Source: Octopus sinensis | Lineage: Eukaryota | Length of the DNA: 64,000 nucleotides | Assembly (NCBI RefSeq): GCF_006345805.1 | Contig: NW_021836139.1 | Span: 62,001-126,000 of the forward strand | Direction: 5' to 3' | In this document: positions 26,760 to 39,487 of the stretch, piece after piece | Layout of the letters: every line of letters starts with the position of its first letter | Position numbering within the stretch: position 1 is the first letter of the stretch | Notes under the pieces: model-generated | Databases searched by the model: none | Told to the model about the DNA's origin: nothing | What the model saw: only the letters and a program-made list of their open reading frames with translations | Position numbers and translations under genes: made by a program

Positions 26760-27700
26760 CCAATATGACCAGCTTGTCAGAAATTGGTACTTTCCTCAAT
26801 AATTGTGCTAGATCACCATAAAACTGTCCTATACTTTCATAAGAATGAGACATTGATGGTGCATAAATACTGAATACGAAACCTACCTTTAGTCAGTTTT
26901 ATACGGCATGACATGGTTCGTTCAGTTGTACTACTTAGGAGCTCTGCAATGGAGGATATTAAGGAATTCATTCTCTCAAGAATGAATTTTTGGGAGCAAA
27001 TACAACACCAGATTCTCTACGCTGACCCTCAGGTAGGCCTCTCCAAAAGATAATGTATTCGTAAATAAGTTCATTTATTTGTCCCTCACCAGGGAGACTA
27101 GTTTCAGAGAGCACAACTATATCAAGGGAATATTTTTTAAGCTCACATGCAATAAGTGCAGTTTGCCCTTCTGGTCTCTTGTTGAAATTATCATCAAGAA
27201 GCGTGCACACATTCCAATAGCCAAAATTCAAAGGATGTTTATTTTACTTTCTCTTGAAGATTGTTTGACCACAGTGGAAGGATGGCTACCGGGCCCAGCC
27301 TGTGATACACCGGGACACCTGCCGAACCAGGCCTGTTACTCTGACGTTCCCAAGCATTTTTTGACATTTACTGAATCTGAGACATTTTAGAGTGAGTTAC
27401 AAGTACATTTTTAGGTTTCTGCCAATGAACTAATTTAATGACTTTACTAAGATTTCTTGTACAGGAAGTACCTGTGCAGATGAATAATTTCCAGTGGGTG
27501 TAGCTTGCACTGCACTACCCCCACCTATTTGCGCAAGAAGTCTTTCGCCGGTGTGACATAAAAATTGACAAAACCAGGAACTTCCAAGGCCTCAGGTTTT
27601 ATTTCGGAGATTTCATTCTCCTAGGTAGGTTACCAACCAAGCTTAAAGAGCTTATACCTGCCCATTCCAGACACCAAACCGACACTTAAACACTCTATAA
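26760..27700 (-). pseudogene. RTE-clade LINE 5' UTR + APE endonuclease relic
   Basis: ORF 26968-27231 WNVCTLLD...PEGQTALIACELKKYSLDIVVLSET...GEGQ...IFWRG...ESGVVFA matches the RTE APE N-terminus. Confidence 0.85.
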
Positions 27701-27894
27701 AGTGATCAAATATCACTCCGGTGTCCAATGCAGAGTAGCTCATTCATAAAAAAAACAGAAGAATGATATGTGATTTGCAAATATAAATAAGAATAAAATA
27801 TAAATAATATATATAAATATAAAAGTAAAAGATATGCAATTTGAAAATATAAATAAAGTAAGATTTAAATATAAATAATGTATATATAAAAGTA

Positions 27895-27925
<31 letters not shown>

Positions 27926-28345
27926 AAAATTTGACATGGGTGATTCTTTCTTGTATATTTTTTTGTAGACGTATAAGAATAAAAAATGAAAAGAAAAGGT
28001 ATATACATATTTACAGATATTTTGTTGGATGGTCATTGACTGCTCATGAGTTCCTCCATCCTTTCACAAGTCTTATTTTTCATCCCGCAGGGTGTCCAAA
28101 TAACACCCTCCTCACCAAGCAAGCCTGGTGGGGTTGCCAGTTTAGTCGCCCACGACCCGACCATGCAACAGGTGGTACTGGATTACATGTTATCAGTAGC
28201 ACACAAGAGTGACCTGACTTTATATATAATCAGCCGAAATTGCGAGGATGATGCGGTTTTTGACTGAAGATTAGAGGCTTCGAATGACCCGTCCGTTTTC
28301 GTATCGTCTATTTGAATGTTTTGCGTTCTTGACCCATTTGGTATT

Positions 28346-28378
<33 letters not shown>

Positions 28379-28389
28379 ACTTCGTAAAC

Positions 28390-28585
28390 ACCAGTCGCGT
28401 TTTTTTCCCTCTTTCGCCCACTTCGGGATCTTTCTTCTTTCCTCCTTCTCTTATGTTTCCGACGAAGAGCTCCGCTCGAAACGTCATACCCTCCTTCTTC
28501 CATTTTCCTGAGCGCCTAATAATAATAATACTGTAATTGTTTCACGTGTTGTTGTTTTTTCTGTTTTCCCGTTTGGATTAACCTT
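28390..28585 (+). mobile_element. Short repeat family B with hammerhead motif (28455-28489)
   Basis: GTTT-CCGACGA-A-GAGC-TCC-GCTC-GAAAC-GTC-ATAC; flanked by (TA)n. Confidence 0.75.
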
Positions 28586-28606
28586 ATATATATATATATA
28601 TATGTG

Positions 28607-28655
<49 letters not shown>

Positions 28656-28683
28656 TGTGTGTGTGTATATATATATATACACA

Positions 28684-28715
<32 letters not shown>

Positions 28716-29964
28716 CATACAAATATATATATATATTTATACAAAGGCTTTTGCAAAAATTCTTGATGTACTCACAAAGTTTGAAGAAAGATTTTCTGAA
28801 ATTATAAATATTTATTATATAAAAAATCTGTAAGAAACCGGAATTTGTAACCACTGCTACTTAAAACATCTTCCTCTCTATATCTATTACCCTACAAAAC
28901 ATGATTTTAAAGAAAACAAACAGTGAAAGCGTTTAGAGAAAATACGGAAACATTCTCTCAAAATAAGGTTCGTCTCATTCTTCGTTTTTAATATTATAAG
29001 TAACTTACAATTTACAATTAAAAAAATTATCAGTGTGTGTGTGTGTGCGTGTGTTGTTTATGTCATAGCAATTGATAAATTTCAACAGAACATGAAATAA
29101 TTATTTTCTGGAAAGCTGGATACTGGCGTAGGTATATTACAAATAACTGCTTGTAAATATCTGCTTCAAAAATTCAACTCACACAACGAAAAAAAAATTA
29201 CATATATGTATGTGTGTTTGTATGTGTATGTGTGCGTATGTGTGTGTATGTGTGTATGCATTTGTGTATCTTTCTGTGTGAGTATGTACGTATACCTTCA
29301 TACATTCATATGCATCTATACAAATATATAAATATATTATATATAGTAATATTTCGTGATAGTCATTTTTTGTCACATAAACACACGCACTATATATTCG
29401 TTCTTCATTTGAGTTTTTCCATTGTTCTTATTTAAGTGTTCGTTATCTGAAATCATTCGTCACACCTCCTGTGACCTCTTCTGTGACTCTTCATCCTACA
29501 TATCTCTTCCTATTCTGTTTAGCCCATCGTCATTAGGAATTTTGCAAAACAAATACATAAATATCATATATATTTATATATTTATTAAAGAACAACTGAT
29601 GAATGTGTACAAGTTTTATGCAAATAATGTATAAATACTTGCACAGGTAAAAAAGAATTATCTGTTAAAAGCATTATTATATTCTAATCTAATTTTTTAA
29701 AGTTTTTCCCACCAATATATTCGACCTTGTGACTGTGTAGTTCAGTAGTTTGCTTTCTATTCACATAGTTTCGATTCACGACTTAGTCCCGCTTCGAGGC
29801 ACTTTGGCCAATGGCTTTCATTTAGCACAACCAAAAGCTTGTGAGTGGATTTCGTAATGATAATAAAGATATTATATAGTTTTGTACAAAATACGTTTTG
29901 TTCTTTCAACATAATTGAAGTTAGAATCGGTTTCGCATTGCTCGTCAATCTGAGAGTTGAAAGA

Positions 29965-30445
29965 AATAAATTGCTAAGGGAAAAAAATCTCCAAAGGCAT
30001 ACATACATACATCAGCACCAGGAGAACTAAAATTACGCCCTATTGTTGCTGGACCTTCCTGTGAAAAACATCGATTAAGTTACTTCATGGACATTCTCCT
30101 GAAACCATTTCTAAAACAAATCAAGAATCATATTAGAGATGACTTAGATATGTTAAATCCCCTTCCAGAAAGATGCATATAAGGTGCTTCTAAAGACATG
30201 AACATGACATACATAGGGGAGACATCTAGGAGCATTGCGGAACGACTAAATGAACATCTGAGACAACATGACAACAAAATGCAGTTCTCCATACTCTACC
30301 AACATGCCAAAGACCAACATGGAGGAAGCTTGGGTTAACTTGACATCCGCATCTTATCCAAGAACCCAAAAGATACAACACTCAAACAAATACGGGAGTA
30401 CGTCCTTATAAATGAAACTTCAACAATACTAAATAGGAAATATAC
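29965..30445 (+). pseudogene. Internally deleted Penelope-like element (RT motif fused to GIY-YIG C-terminus)
   Basis: One frame with stops: LKLRPIVAGPSCEKHRLSYFMDILLKPFL... then YIGETSRSIAERLNEHL...HAKDQHGG...IREYVLINE...LNRK. Confidence 0.85.
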
Positions 30446-30934
30446 ATAGTTGATATCATACACCCCATACCCACAGTTTACACAGGTAGAGTAGAATAGT
30501 TTGTGGGCTATTATGTAGATAGATATATGTATGTATATGTGGTTGGGTGAGTGTATGTATATATGTGTATATGCACATGTATGTAAGCATATAGATGTAC
30601 ATAGGTTACATGAACAGACATGCACACATATGCAAATGGAGACTGAAACACATGACCTTATACACACACACACTTTACTTCACACAAGGACACATATGGA
30701 GACACATGTCCACATATATGGAGATGCACATCCATACATACAAACACAGTACATAGTTGCAAAACACACACACGCAGGGAGACAGAGATGCATACATATA
30801 CAAACACACGCATACACACATACATAAAAAATACACAAACACAGACATACAAGCACATGAATATGCAGAATACATACAGATGCACACATATACATATATA
30901 CATATGCATACAAACACAAATATGCATACTCACA

Positions 30935-31198
30935 CATACATGCATACATACATACATGCATACATCCATCCATCCATCCATCCATCCATACATACATACA
31001 TACATAATACATACATACATACATACATACATGCATGCATGCATGCATACATACATACATACATACATACATACATACATACATACAACATACATACATA
31101 CAACATACATACATACATACATGCATGCATGCATGCATACATACATACATACATACATACATACATACATACATACATACATACATACATACATGCAT
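30935..31198. repeat. (TACA)n/(TCCA)n microsatellite
   Basis: Direct reading; source of the many MYVC/HTYI ORFs. Confidence 0.95.
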
Positions 31199-31249
31199 TC
31201 ATAGGCACACACAGACCCACACACATGCGCACAAACAAGCAAAAAATAA

Positions 31250-31468
31250 CGTACTGTAAATAACGGACAGAGTCAAGACTATTGAAAAGGTTGCGAGACG
31301 CAACGAAAATTTTATGAAAATAAAAATGAGAAATAAGTGGAAATTTTACCGGTGAGTGTGTTAAATTATAAGGCACAAAAAGAAAATGACTCTCCCCAGA
31401 CACAACAGAATATGCTTCAATACACGAACTCATATAAAGAATCTTGCAAACCAAATCCTAAAACGAAA
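31250..31468 (+). mobile_element. Short repeat family C with U3-A8 hammerhead-like motif (31279-31315)
   Basis: Homologous to 63622-63881. CTA-TTGAAAA-G-GTTGCG-AGA-CGCAAC-GAAAA-TTT-TAT. Confidence 0.7.
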
Positions 31469-31701
31469 TATATATACATAAATATAATTTGAATAGAGGA
31501 TATGTTAACTTCGTGAAGGGATGGTTGCATCCAAGGAAATATTGGTTCAATACCTAGCATTTTGGGGTAATGAAATTCCTTTACAACAATAGGTATATAT
31601 AAAGCATACATTTAATATCCATTTAAAAGAAGAAAATAGAGTTTAGGAAGTTAATAATTGTTTATTCTTAACTTCCTTATCGCCATTTTCTTTTCTCCTT
31701 T

Positions 31702-31757
<56 letters not shown>

Positions 31758-32345
31758 CCCATACATACTCACATGCACACACACTCACACACACGTATAT
31801 AAAGAACTGGAGTCGGTTCCTTTGGCTAAAATTCTTCAAGGCGGGGCACCTGTATGGCCGCAATGTAAATCAACAGCTTTAAAGTATAAGCAGGTAAACA
31901 ATTGGTTTCGGGTCAGATTATGATACTTACATATTTAAATATTGACACAACTTGAGGGCAGAATTAAATGTTATAGAAGTTTACATCAGAGGGAGTCGAT
32001 AAAAGATCAGTTGAAGAATGTTCGTAATGGTTCAGGTGTATGCTGGTATTCTTCCAAGTAGTAACAATAATAATTTGAGTTTTAACAATAATACTCGCAG
32101 TAATAATAAAATGTGCACTTCAAAGAAATAGGAATGCGTATCCTTTAAGCAATATCTACTTCACAGAAATATATATAAATGCTCAGACCAAATGAAGATA
32201 ATGTATACAGATTATACGGCAGTAACCGCCGATTGCATAAAACATAGATGAAGGAACCATACCGCCTCATTTAAAAACGAAAACAAGATGCATAATACCT
32301 CCCTGGGAAAACTAATTTAGTAACAAACTGAAAATAAAATAAAAT

Positions 32346-32767
32346 AGGCGCAGGAGTGGTTGTGTGGTAAGTAGCTTGCTTACCAACCACATGGTTCCGA
32401 GTTCAGTCCCACTGCGTGGCACCTTGGGCAAATGTCTTCTACTATAGCCTCCGGCCGACCAAAGCCTTGTGAGTGGATTTGGTAGACGGAAACTGAAAGA
32501 AGCCCGAAGCCCGTCGAATATATGTATATATATGTATGTGCATGTATGTTTGTGTGTCTGTGTTTGTCCCCCTAGCATTGCTTGACAACCGATGCTGGTG
32601 TGTTTAGGTCCCCGTAACTTAGCGGTTCGGCAAAAGAGACCGATAGAATAAGTACTGGGCTTACAAAGAATAAGTCCCGGGGTCGAGTTGCTCGACTAAA
32701 GGCGGTGCTCCAGCATGGCCGCAGTTAAATGACTGAAACAAGTAAAAGAGTAAAAGAGTAAGAGTAT
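32346..32767 (+). mobile_element. SINE family 1, full length, young
   Basis: CpG-rich near-consensus copy. Confidence 0.92.
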
Positions 32768-33089
32768 TTCCTCATTTGTACTACACATCGTGTTTCCATT
32801 TGACGGTGGGGATGAAAATTGCGATTTGCGTATCGAGGAAACATTCTGGATATATTGTCAAAAGAGAAGCTAATTAATGAGCATTCGGAACTTATCAAAA
32901 GATGCTAACATTTATTTCGAAAAATCTTCAAAAGGTATCATCTCCAGCCGGTTTTCAGTAAAGTGCTTAATGGTCTGGTAGCTATCTTGATTCAAGGTTC
33001 TGTATGTCTGCGGAAATATTTTTATGATCTATGGAATTTACCATCTAAAATTTATACGCAACAAGTTCTCCTGAGCGACACACTCGGAC

Positions 33090-33392
33090 TTGTTTGTTTG
33101 TTCCTTCTCGAGCCACGCCTGGCTCATAAAGGCCGGTTTCCCGGTTTCCTTGGCGTGTAGGTTCCCCACCTAGATAGGACGCTGGTCCCTCGCAGCCGAG
33201 CTGCAAGATGCAGGAGGAAAGAGTGAGAGAAAGTTGTGGTGAAAGAGTCAGTTCGTCATTACCTTCTGCCGGAGCCGCGTGGAGCTTAGGTGTTTCGCTC
33301 ATAAACACACACATCGCCCGGTCTGAGATTCGAACCCGCGAGCCCTCGACCGCGAGCCCGCTGCTCTAACCACTAGGCCATGTGCCTCCACT
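33090..33392 (-). mobile_element. tRNA-derived SINE family 4, young
   Basis: A box TGGCCTAGTGG, B box GGTTCGAATCT, (AAAC)n tail. Confidence 0.9.
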
Positions 33393-35626
33393 CGGACTTT
33401 AATGGACTACATCTATTAAATATCCTGGAAAATATTAATACAGTGGCTTCTGTAGTTCATGGATTCAACTTTCTATATTTGGTCATATTTGCATAATCAA
33501 TACATCCTGAATCTTGCTTTCGGTTGCATTCGACTATGAAATTTGGATTTTCCTCTATAAATCGATCAAAGGGGGACAATGAACTTCTGTTGCATAACAT
33601 TATCAATTTTCTCCTGTCTGTGTGAAACTATGTAATAAGGGCATTTATGCACAAATACTGTTGCAGGGTTGACAATGTTATCATGTGTGATATGCTGGAA
33701 TTAAAGGTAGATATGTTCGTCAAGCAGTAGTGTTTAGCCTGCTTATATATGTATGAGGGGGAATATGTAAACCCATGGATATTTTACTCCAAGCGTGTAG
33801 AACATGTATATGTATTAATCATAAATGCTTATGCAACGCACGTATTTAATTTTGCGTGTGGAAATGTAAGAGAAGAGAAGAATATATTTAGGTGGAGGTA
33901 TTCATGAATATGTGTGTCGACAGATAAATTTTTTAAATGTGTGCATGAATGAACATTTAAAATTATTAGTCTGAGAGAGAGAGAGAGGCGGTAGAGATGG
34001 AGGGAGAGAGATGGGGAAGGGAGTGTGTGTGTATGTCTACGTGCGTGTGCACTTGTGATAATCATTTTTCTCTGAAAGGGTGTATAAAATAGAATGAATG
34101 CATGGTGAATGCATGGGCACAGCTAGACACGCACAAAAATATGAACAGGGCAGATAATTATTTCGTCAAAATATAATCACCCCTCCTTAATCCGCTTGAT
34201 CGCTTGCATTCATTTGTTTCTATAACATAAATGTATTCATGTGGACGACTCCAACTTTTATATATATTTTGATTTCAGAATTATTCGGTATAATATTTTT
34301 ACAAAATTCTGAAGAAGTATGTGCAACGTGCTAAAGGAGATGTCGTGCATAACACATGAACATTTATCAATAGTCGCAGGACTGATCACGGCATTACGCT
34401 AGATTAGTTACATCGTAATATGATGAAACGATTGTAAATGAAGAATTAAAACTATTTGCTAACCCCATTCTTTCGAATGTGTTATAATTACTCTACGGAT
34501 ATTTGTGGATCCTCGGATAATTCGTGTGGTAAAATAGAAAAGTTCCTGTCTTTTTAATTTTCTGACAGCTATCTGTGGAAGTGTTTCATGTGGTCAACAC
34601 CATATTATATACCCCAACTCATCGTATATATATATATATATATATATGCGTGTGCATATATATTATATATATATAAACCAGCAGTATATCCCGGCGTTGC
34701 CCGCGATTAAGTTAGGATTATTAAGCTAATCAAGTGCTTTGTTTCAAACCAAACTAGGTAACGCCTACGTCTAATTTGAGTGAAATCCGTTGAAATTGGT
34801 AAACGTTTGGCTGAAAATGGCTTCCAGACAATTTGATTGGGAAATCCAATAAGGTATCGGTTTATCGATTTTTCCACTCACCGTTTGTTTTTTTTTTGTC
34901 TTTTTTTTTGGAGAACCTAAAGCATTCAAAGTTTCCACGAGTCCTAAAGTAACGCCAGCATCAAGTTTGAACAAAATACGTCAAAATTGGTAAAAGTTAT
35001 GGTTGGAAATGGGGTGTAGCCAATTTTAGTGGGAAATCCTATAAGGAATCGGTTTATCGATTTTCAGCTTGATTGAATGGAAAACCTCATAAAGAATCAG
35101 TTTATTGTTGATTCAAAAGAACTTATATTTATACATTACAGTTGGTTTTCACACTCAACCCAGTTCTTCAGAATCAGTGTCACGACAGGAACGCATGGGT
35201 TGGGAGTTTGACCAGCAGAGATGATCAGGTGGCACATGCCAGCCCTTTCGAAACCACCACCCCATCATCTAACCCTCCTTAGCCCATGGGTTTGGAACCC
35301 TTCCGGCAAGGAAAATAAAAACGCCCAAAAGGGCTCCCGATCCTCTGTGTCAGAAGAGGTTATGTTCGGATCACAACTAAGCCTTAGCCTAAGACTAAGC
35401 TAACCTAGCGAAATGGGGCTCGGGAGCCTCTAGAAGACAACAACTAATACCAATCTAGTCCTAACCCCTCCTAGGGATACTATCGGTCAAGGCTGCATCG
35501 AAGATATGCATAGGACAAGGTTGCCTCAGAGATCTGCAGCGAAGATCTGCTTTGGAGAAGGTTGCATCGCAGGTTTGCACGCTATTATACACACACACAC
35601 GTATATATATATATATTTATATATAG

Positions 35627-35782
35627 TTAATCGAAACAAGAAAACACAAATAAACACAACAACGCGAGGACGTGGAACAAATATAGTATTATTGGACGCT
35701 CAGGAAAGAAGGAGGGTTTAACGTTTCGAGCGGAGCTCTTCGTCGGAAACATAGGTGAAGGAAAGATCCAGAGAAGGGAAGA
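35627..35782 (-). mobile_element. Short repeat family B with best-preserved hammerhead (35716-35750)
   Basis: GTTT-CCGACGA-A-GAGC-TCC-GCTC-GAAAC-GTT-AAAC with perfect stems I and II. Confidence 0.78.
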
Positions 35783-35793
35783 CATATATATAT

Positions 35794-35912
35794 TGGCCTG
35801 CTCGCTTAGCCAGCGGGGTGGCGTCATTTGAAGGCTAAAACAATGCGAACGCATTGTGACCAGCGATGTGTAACCACATCTGATGGACTGGTCAGTCACG
35901 TGATCACGTGAT
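35794..35912 (+). other. ~120-nt highly structured element ending in (TCACGTGA)2
   Basis: Several helices and a loop-downstream pairing; a 3' stub homologue at ~3410-3453. Confidence 0.5.
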
Positions 35913-36486
35913 ATATATATACATATATATATATATATATTTAATAACGAACCATATAATTCACGCTCTGGAAAATTTTTTTCTGTAACATTTTGGGAGT
36001 GGGTAAAATTTCTGAGGCTTCCACCTCACCCCATCCTGATTTTTGACCCCCAGGTTTTGTAGCATATTAGGAGGTCACAGAAATTCATTCAACGAAAAAT
36101 AAATTTCCAGATGATTCCGGGAGGATTTCCCCCTTGCCCCACCCCCTTTTTTCCGAACGAAAAAAGGGATTTGCAGCATATTAGGTCAGGGTATTTTATT
36201 CCACGCAAAAAAATCTGATTTTTGTTTTGTTTATCTAAAATTTACCCTGTTTTTCTTTTTCGCCATTGATAGACGGGGGACTTAATTCTTGTTAGCAAAG
36301 TTAAGGATTTCACTGACGTGGAAATTGGTAAAAGTTATGGTTGAAAATCGATTTTTACCGCTATCCTTCGGGAAGATAAGTTGACAAAAACACAGCTATG
36401 GTCGTGACCAACATCCTCCTAAAATTGGAGCGACATGCATGCAAATTTGTGGACGTGCATAAATTACATTCATGTACACACACACA

Positions 36487-36538
<52 letters not shown>

Positions 36539-36899
36539 CCTTTAATAGATGTAGATATAGTAGAAGATGTGACATTTATATTGTGTAATTCACTAACAAA
36601 TTGTTACCTACCTGCTTGTTTCTTTGTTGTTAAATAAATGGATTCTCCAGAAAACACTTTTTTCCTCGACGTAAAATAAAAACAAAACTATTTCGCGCCC
36701 AAAGTAATGTGTGTGAGATGGGGTGGAGAAAGATGAATAATGTAAAATAAATAATTAAGTGATTTAGAATAAATGTATTTTAATTGTTGTGTGAGAAAAT
36801 ATATGTAATCTGATTATAAAATATAGCGTCTTTTAAAAAATCCTATATTTGAAGACTCTATCCCGTGTTTAAGAAAAAATAACATTTTACATTTTTATT

Positions 36900-37248
36900 T
36901 TTGATGAGCGCTGTCATTTATTCTCTTTACCTCACACACACTTTCTCTTTACATTTTTTGTTAGACGCTGTCAAACTCGTTCTCCCCCCTCTCTCACACA
37001 CACACACACACATTCACTTCGGTATGGCAAAAACGGGTCTTAACTTATGTTGGTAAACTTCACAATTGATAAACGTTATGGTTGAAAATCGATTTTTACC
37101 GCTATCCGCGGGGGCCTCGGGGAAAATAAGTTGACAAAACCCAACTAGGATCATGACGAATGTCCTCCTAAAATTGAAGCGACATGCGTGCTAATTTGTG
37201 GACATTCACGTACACACACACACATCCTGCCTTTTATAGATATACAGA
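36900..37248 (-). mobile_element. Second Helitron 5' end, paralogous to 36320-36556
   Basis: A|TCTGTATATCTATAAAAGGCAGG start; 37065-37215 aligns with 36322-36480. Confidence 0.6.
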
Positions 37249-37368
37249 TTTATGTATATTTGTCTGTTTATCTATCTATCTATTTCTCTCTTTCTCTCTC
37301 TCTCTCTATGTGAGTGTGTGTAGAGAGAAAGAATGAAAGGTAGGTAGGTAGGTAGATAGATAGATAGT

Positions 37369-37425
<57 letters not shown>

Positions 37426-37739
37426 GAGATGTTTGTAAATTTGGATGTATGTATATAACGCATATCACAGCATGAATAAATATAAAGCTAAAATAAAAAT
37501 ATGAATGTTATATAGATCTTATTGTACGTGAAATAACAATATAAACACATTCTTTCGTGCTTTTGATGTGTGAAAAAATAAGAGAGTAGATTTTTGGCCA
37601 ATCTTTTCATCGCTTGTTGACTAGTTCCCACAGAAAATATGTGCTAGGTTTACCTTCCTCGACCAATTTCATAGAAGATTTAGCTAGTATATACATGCCA
37701 GTTATAAATTAGCCTTGCAGTAGAACAGCTAACATAATA

Positions 37740-37935
37740 TAAACAATTAAAAAAAACAGAAAGAAAACAAGAAAAGAAAAAGAATGTGAGGTTGTACACA
37801 AGAAATTTATTAATTTGACGCTCGGTGAAAGAAGAGAGTTGTAAAAGTTTCGAGCATAGGTCTTTGTCGGAAAAAGGAAAGTCTGGATAGAAATAAGGGT
37901 AAGAAAAGGATCTTTTGGGTGTTTTTGATAGCTCA
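37740..37935 (-). mobile_element. Decayed family B repeat
   Basis: CCGACAAAGACCTATGCTCGAAAC remnant at 37838-37874. Confidence 0.55.
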
Positions 37936-38410
37936 TAGTTTATGAAGCTCTATATATTTTATGTACAACACCAATATGATTTTGAAGAACATATAAATAT
38001 TTATACATTACAAATCTTCATTGGGTAAAATAATAATGTAAATATGTTATTTCAATAGAGTTGGTATGCAGGAAAAAGATGAGAAGCACTTTTAACGGAT
38101 TGTTTTAGGGCGTTGATTGCTGCTCCTCCCAGTTAATATGCCTGATTTCCTTTCTCCTCGTTTCCACAAATCAAAAGCGTAAAAGTAATTTGTACCTTTA
38201 TATTTTTCCCTCACACACATACACCCACGTACATATGCATATGTGTGTGTGTGTGTGGTGTGGTGTGTGTGTGTGTGTATGTATGTATATATATATATAT
38301 ATACTTGCACACATACATCACACACATACATATATACATATACATGTATATATATATATAGAGAGAGAGAGTGACAGATAGACAGACAACAAATCGATAG
38401 ACAGACAGAC

Positions 38411-38479
<69 letters not shown>

Positions 38480-38845
38480 TAGAGAGAGATAGATAACTAC
38501 CTACGCATTGAATTACCATGTATGTGACTGAGCATTTTATAGGCAGCCGTACTTTTAATGTAATTCTGAGACAGAATCAGCCTTCACAGCGTAAAAATGC
38601 AGGATATAAATTCAATATTATTTATTCACCAATGTTAATCTACCCAGTTTCCGTGGCAAGTTTTGGGTCAAATCAAAGCTATGGTAAAATATATTTCCTC
38701 AAATTACCACACTGGCATTGAATTGTGAAGCAATCTTCATAACTACTCCTCCATAACCGTATCCGGTTTTTAATCACTGCGTCATGCTATGTAGATGGCA
38801 CAAACAAAATACACAAACATATACTGTGACGCGCATACTGTGAGA

Positions 38846-38985
38846 ATTTCACGTTACAGATTTTCAGTCACAAGAGGAACTGCAACGCGAAACTCCGAGT
38901 AGTAACTCACGTTTTGACATTCATTAGTTTCTCCTGGTTCATTGCGTTTCCCATCCGTGGGATGCCTTAAAACTATCATGTGTGT

Positions 38986-38988
<3 letters not shown>
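38846..38988 (+). repeat. ~140-bp direct duplication (partner 42116-42260), each followed by (GATA)n
   Basis: ATTTCACGTTACAGATTTTCAGTCACAAGAGGAACTG.AACGCGAAACTCCGAGTAG is shared. Confidence 0.9.
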
Positions 38989-39054
<66 letters not shown>

Positions 39055-39059
39055 GAGAG

Positions 39060-39228
<169 letters not shown>

Positions 39229-39456
39229 CAGATAGATAGATAGAGGATCTTTTCTTTTTGAAAGCCAGATTTTCCTAGTTAACTAAACAATTTGAAACTT
39301 CGTATAAAATCTGACTTTCAAAAAGAAAAGATCCGCCTAATATTTATTCTATCGGTCTTTTTTGCCGAACCACCAAGTTACGGAGACGTAACACACCAGC
39401 ATCGTTTGTCAGGCGATATTTGGGGAACAAACACAGACACACACACACACACACAC

Positions 39457-39487
<31 letters not shown>

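Larger units (their letters stand above)
34678..36556 (-). mobile_element. Non-autonomous Helitron carrying nested inserts
   Basis: 3' end GCGGGCAACGCCGGG...CTGG|T (hairpin + CTRR); internal AAATTGGTAAAAGTTATGG subrepeats; TC-type 5' end near 36556. Confidence 0.65.

Noticed and set aside
33320-33392. Functional tRNA gene
   Set aside because: A/B boxes are present but continue into a SINE body with a paralogue at 21.4 kb; no proper acceptor stem or terminator.
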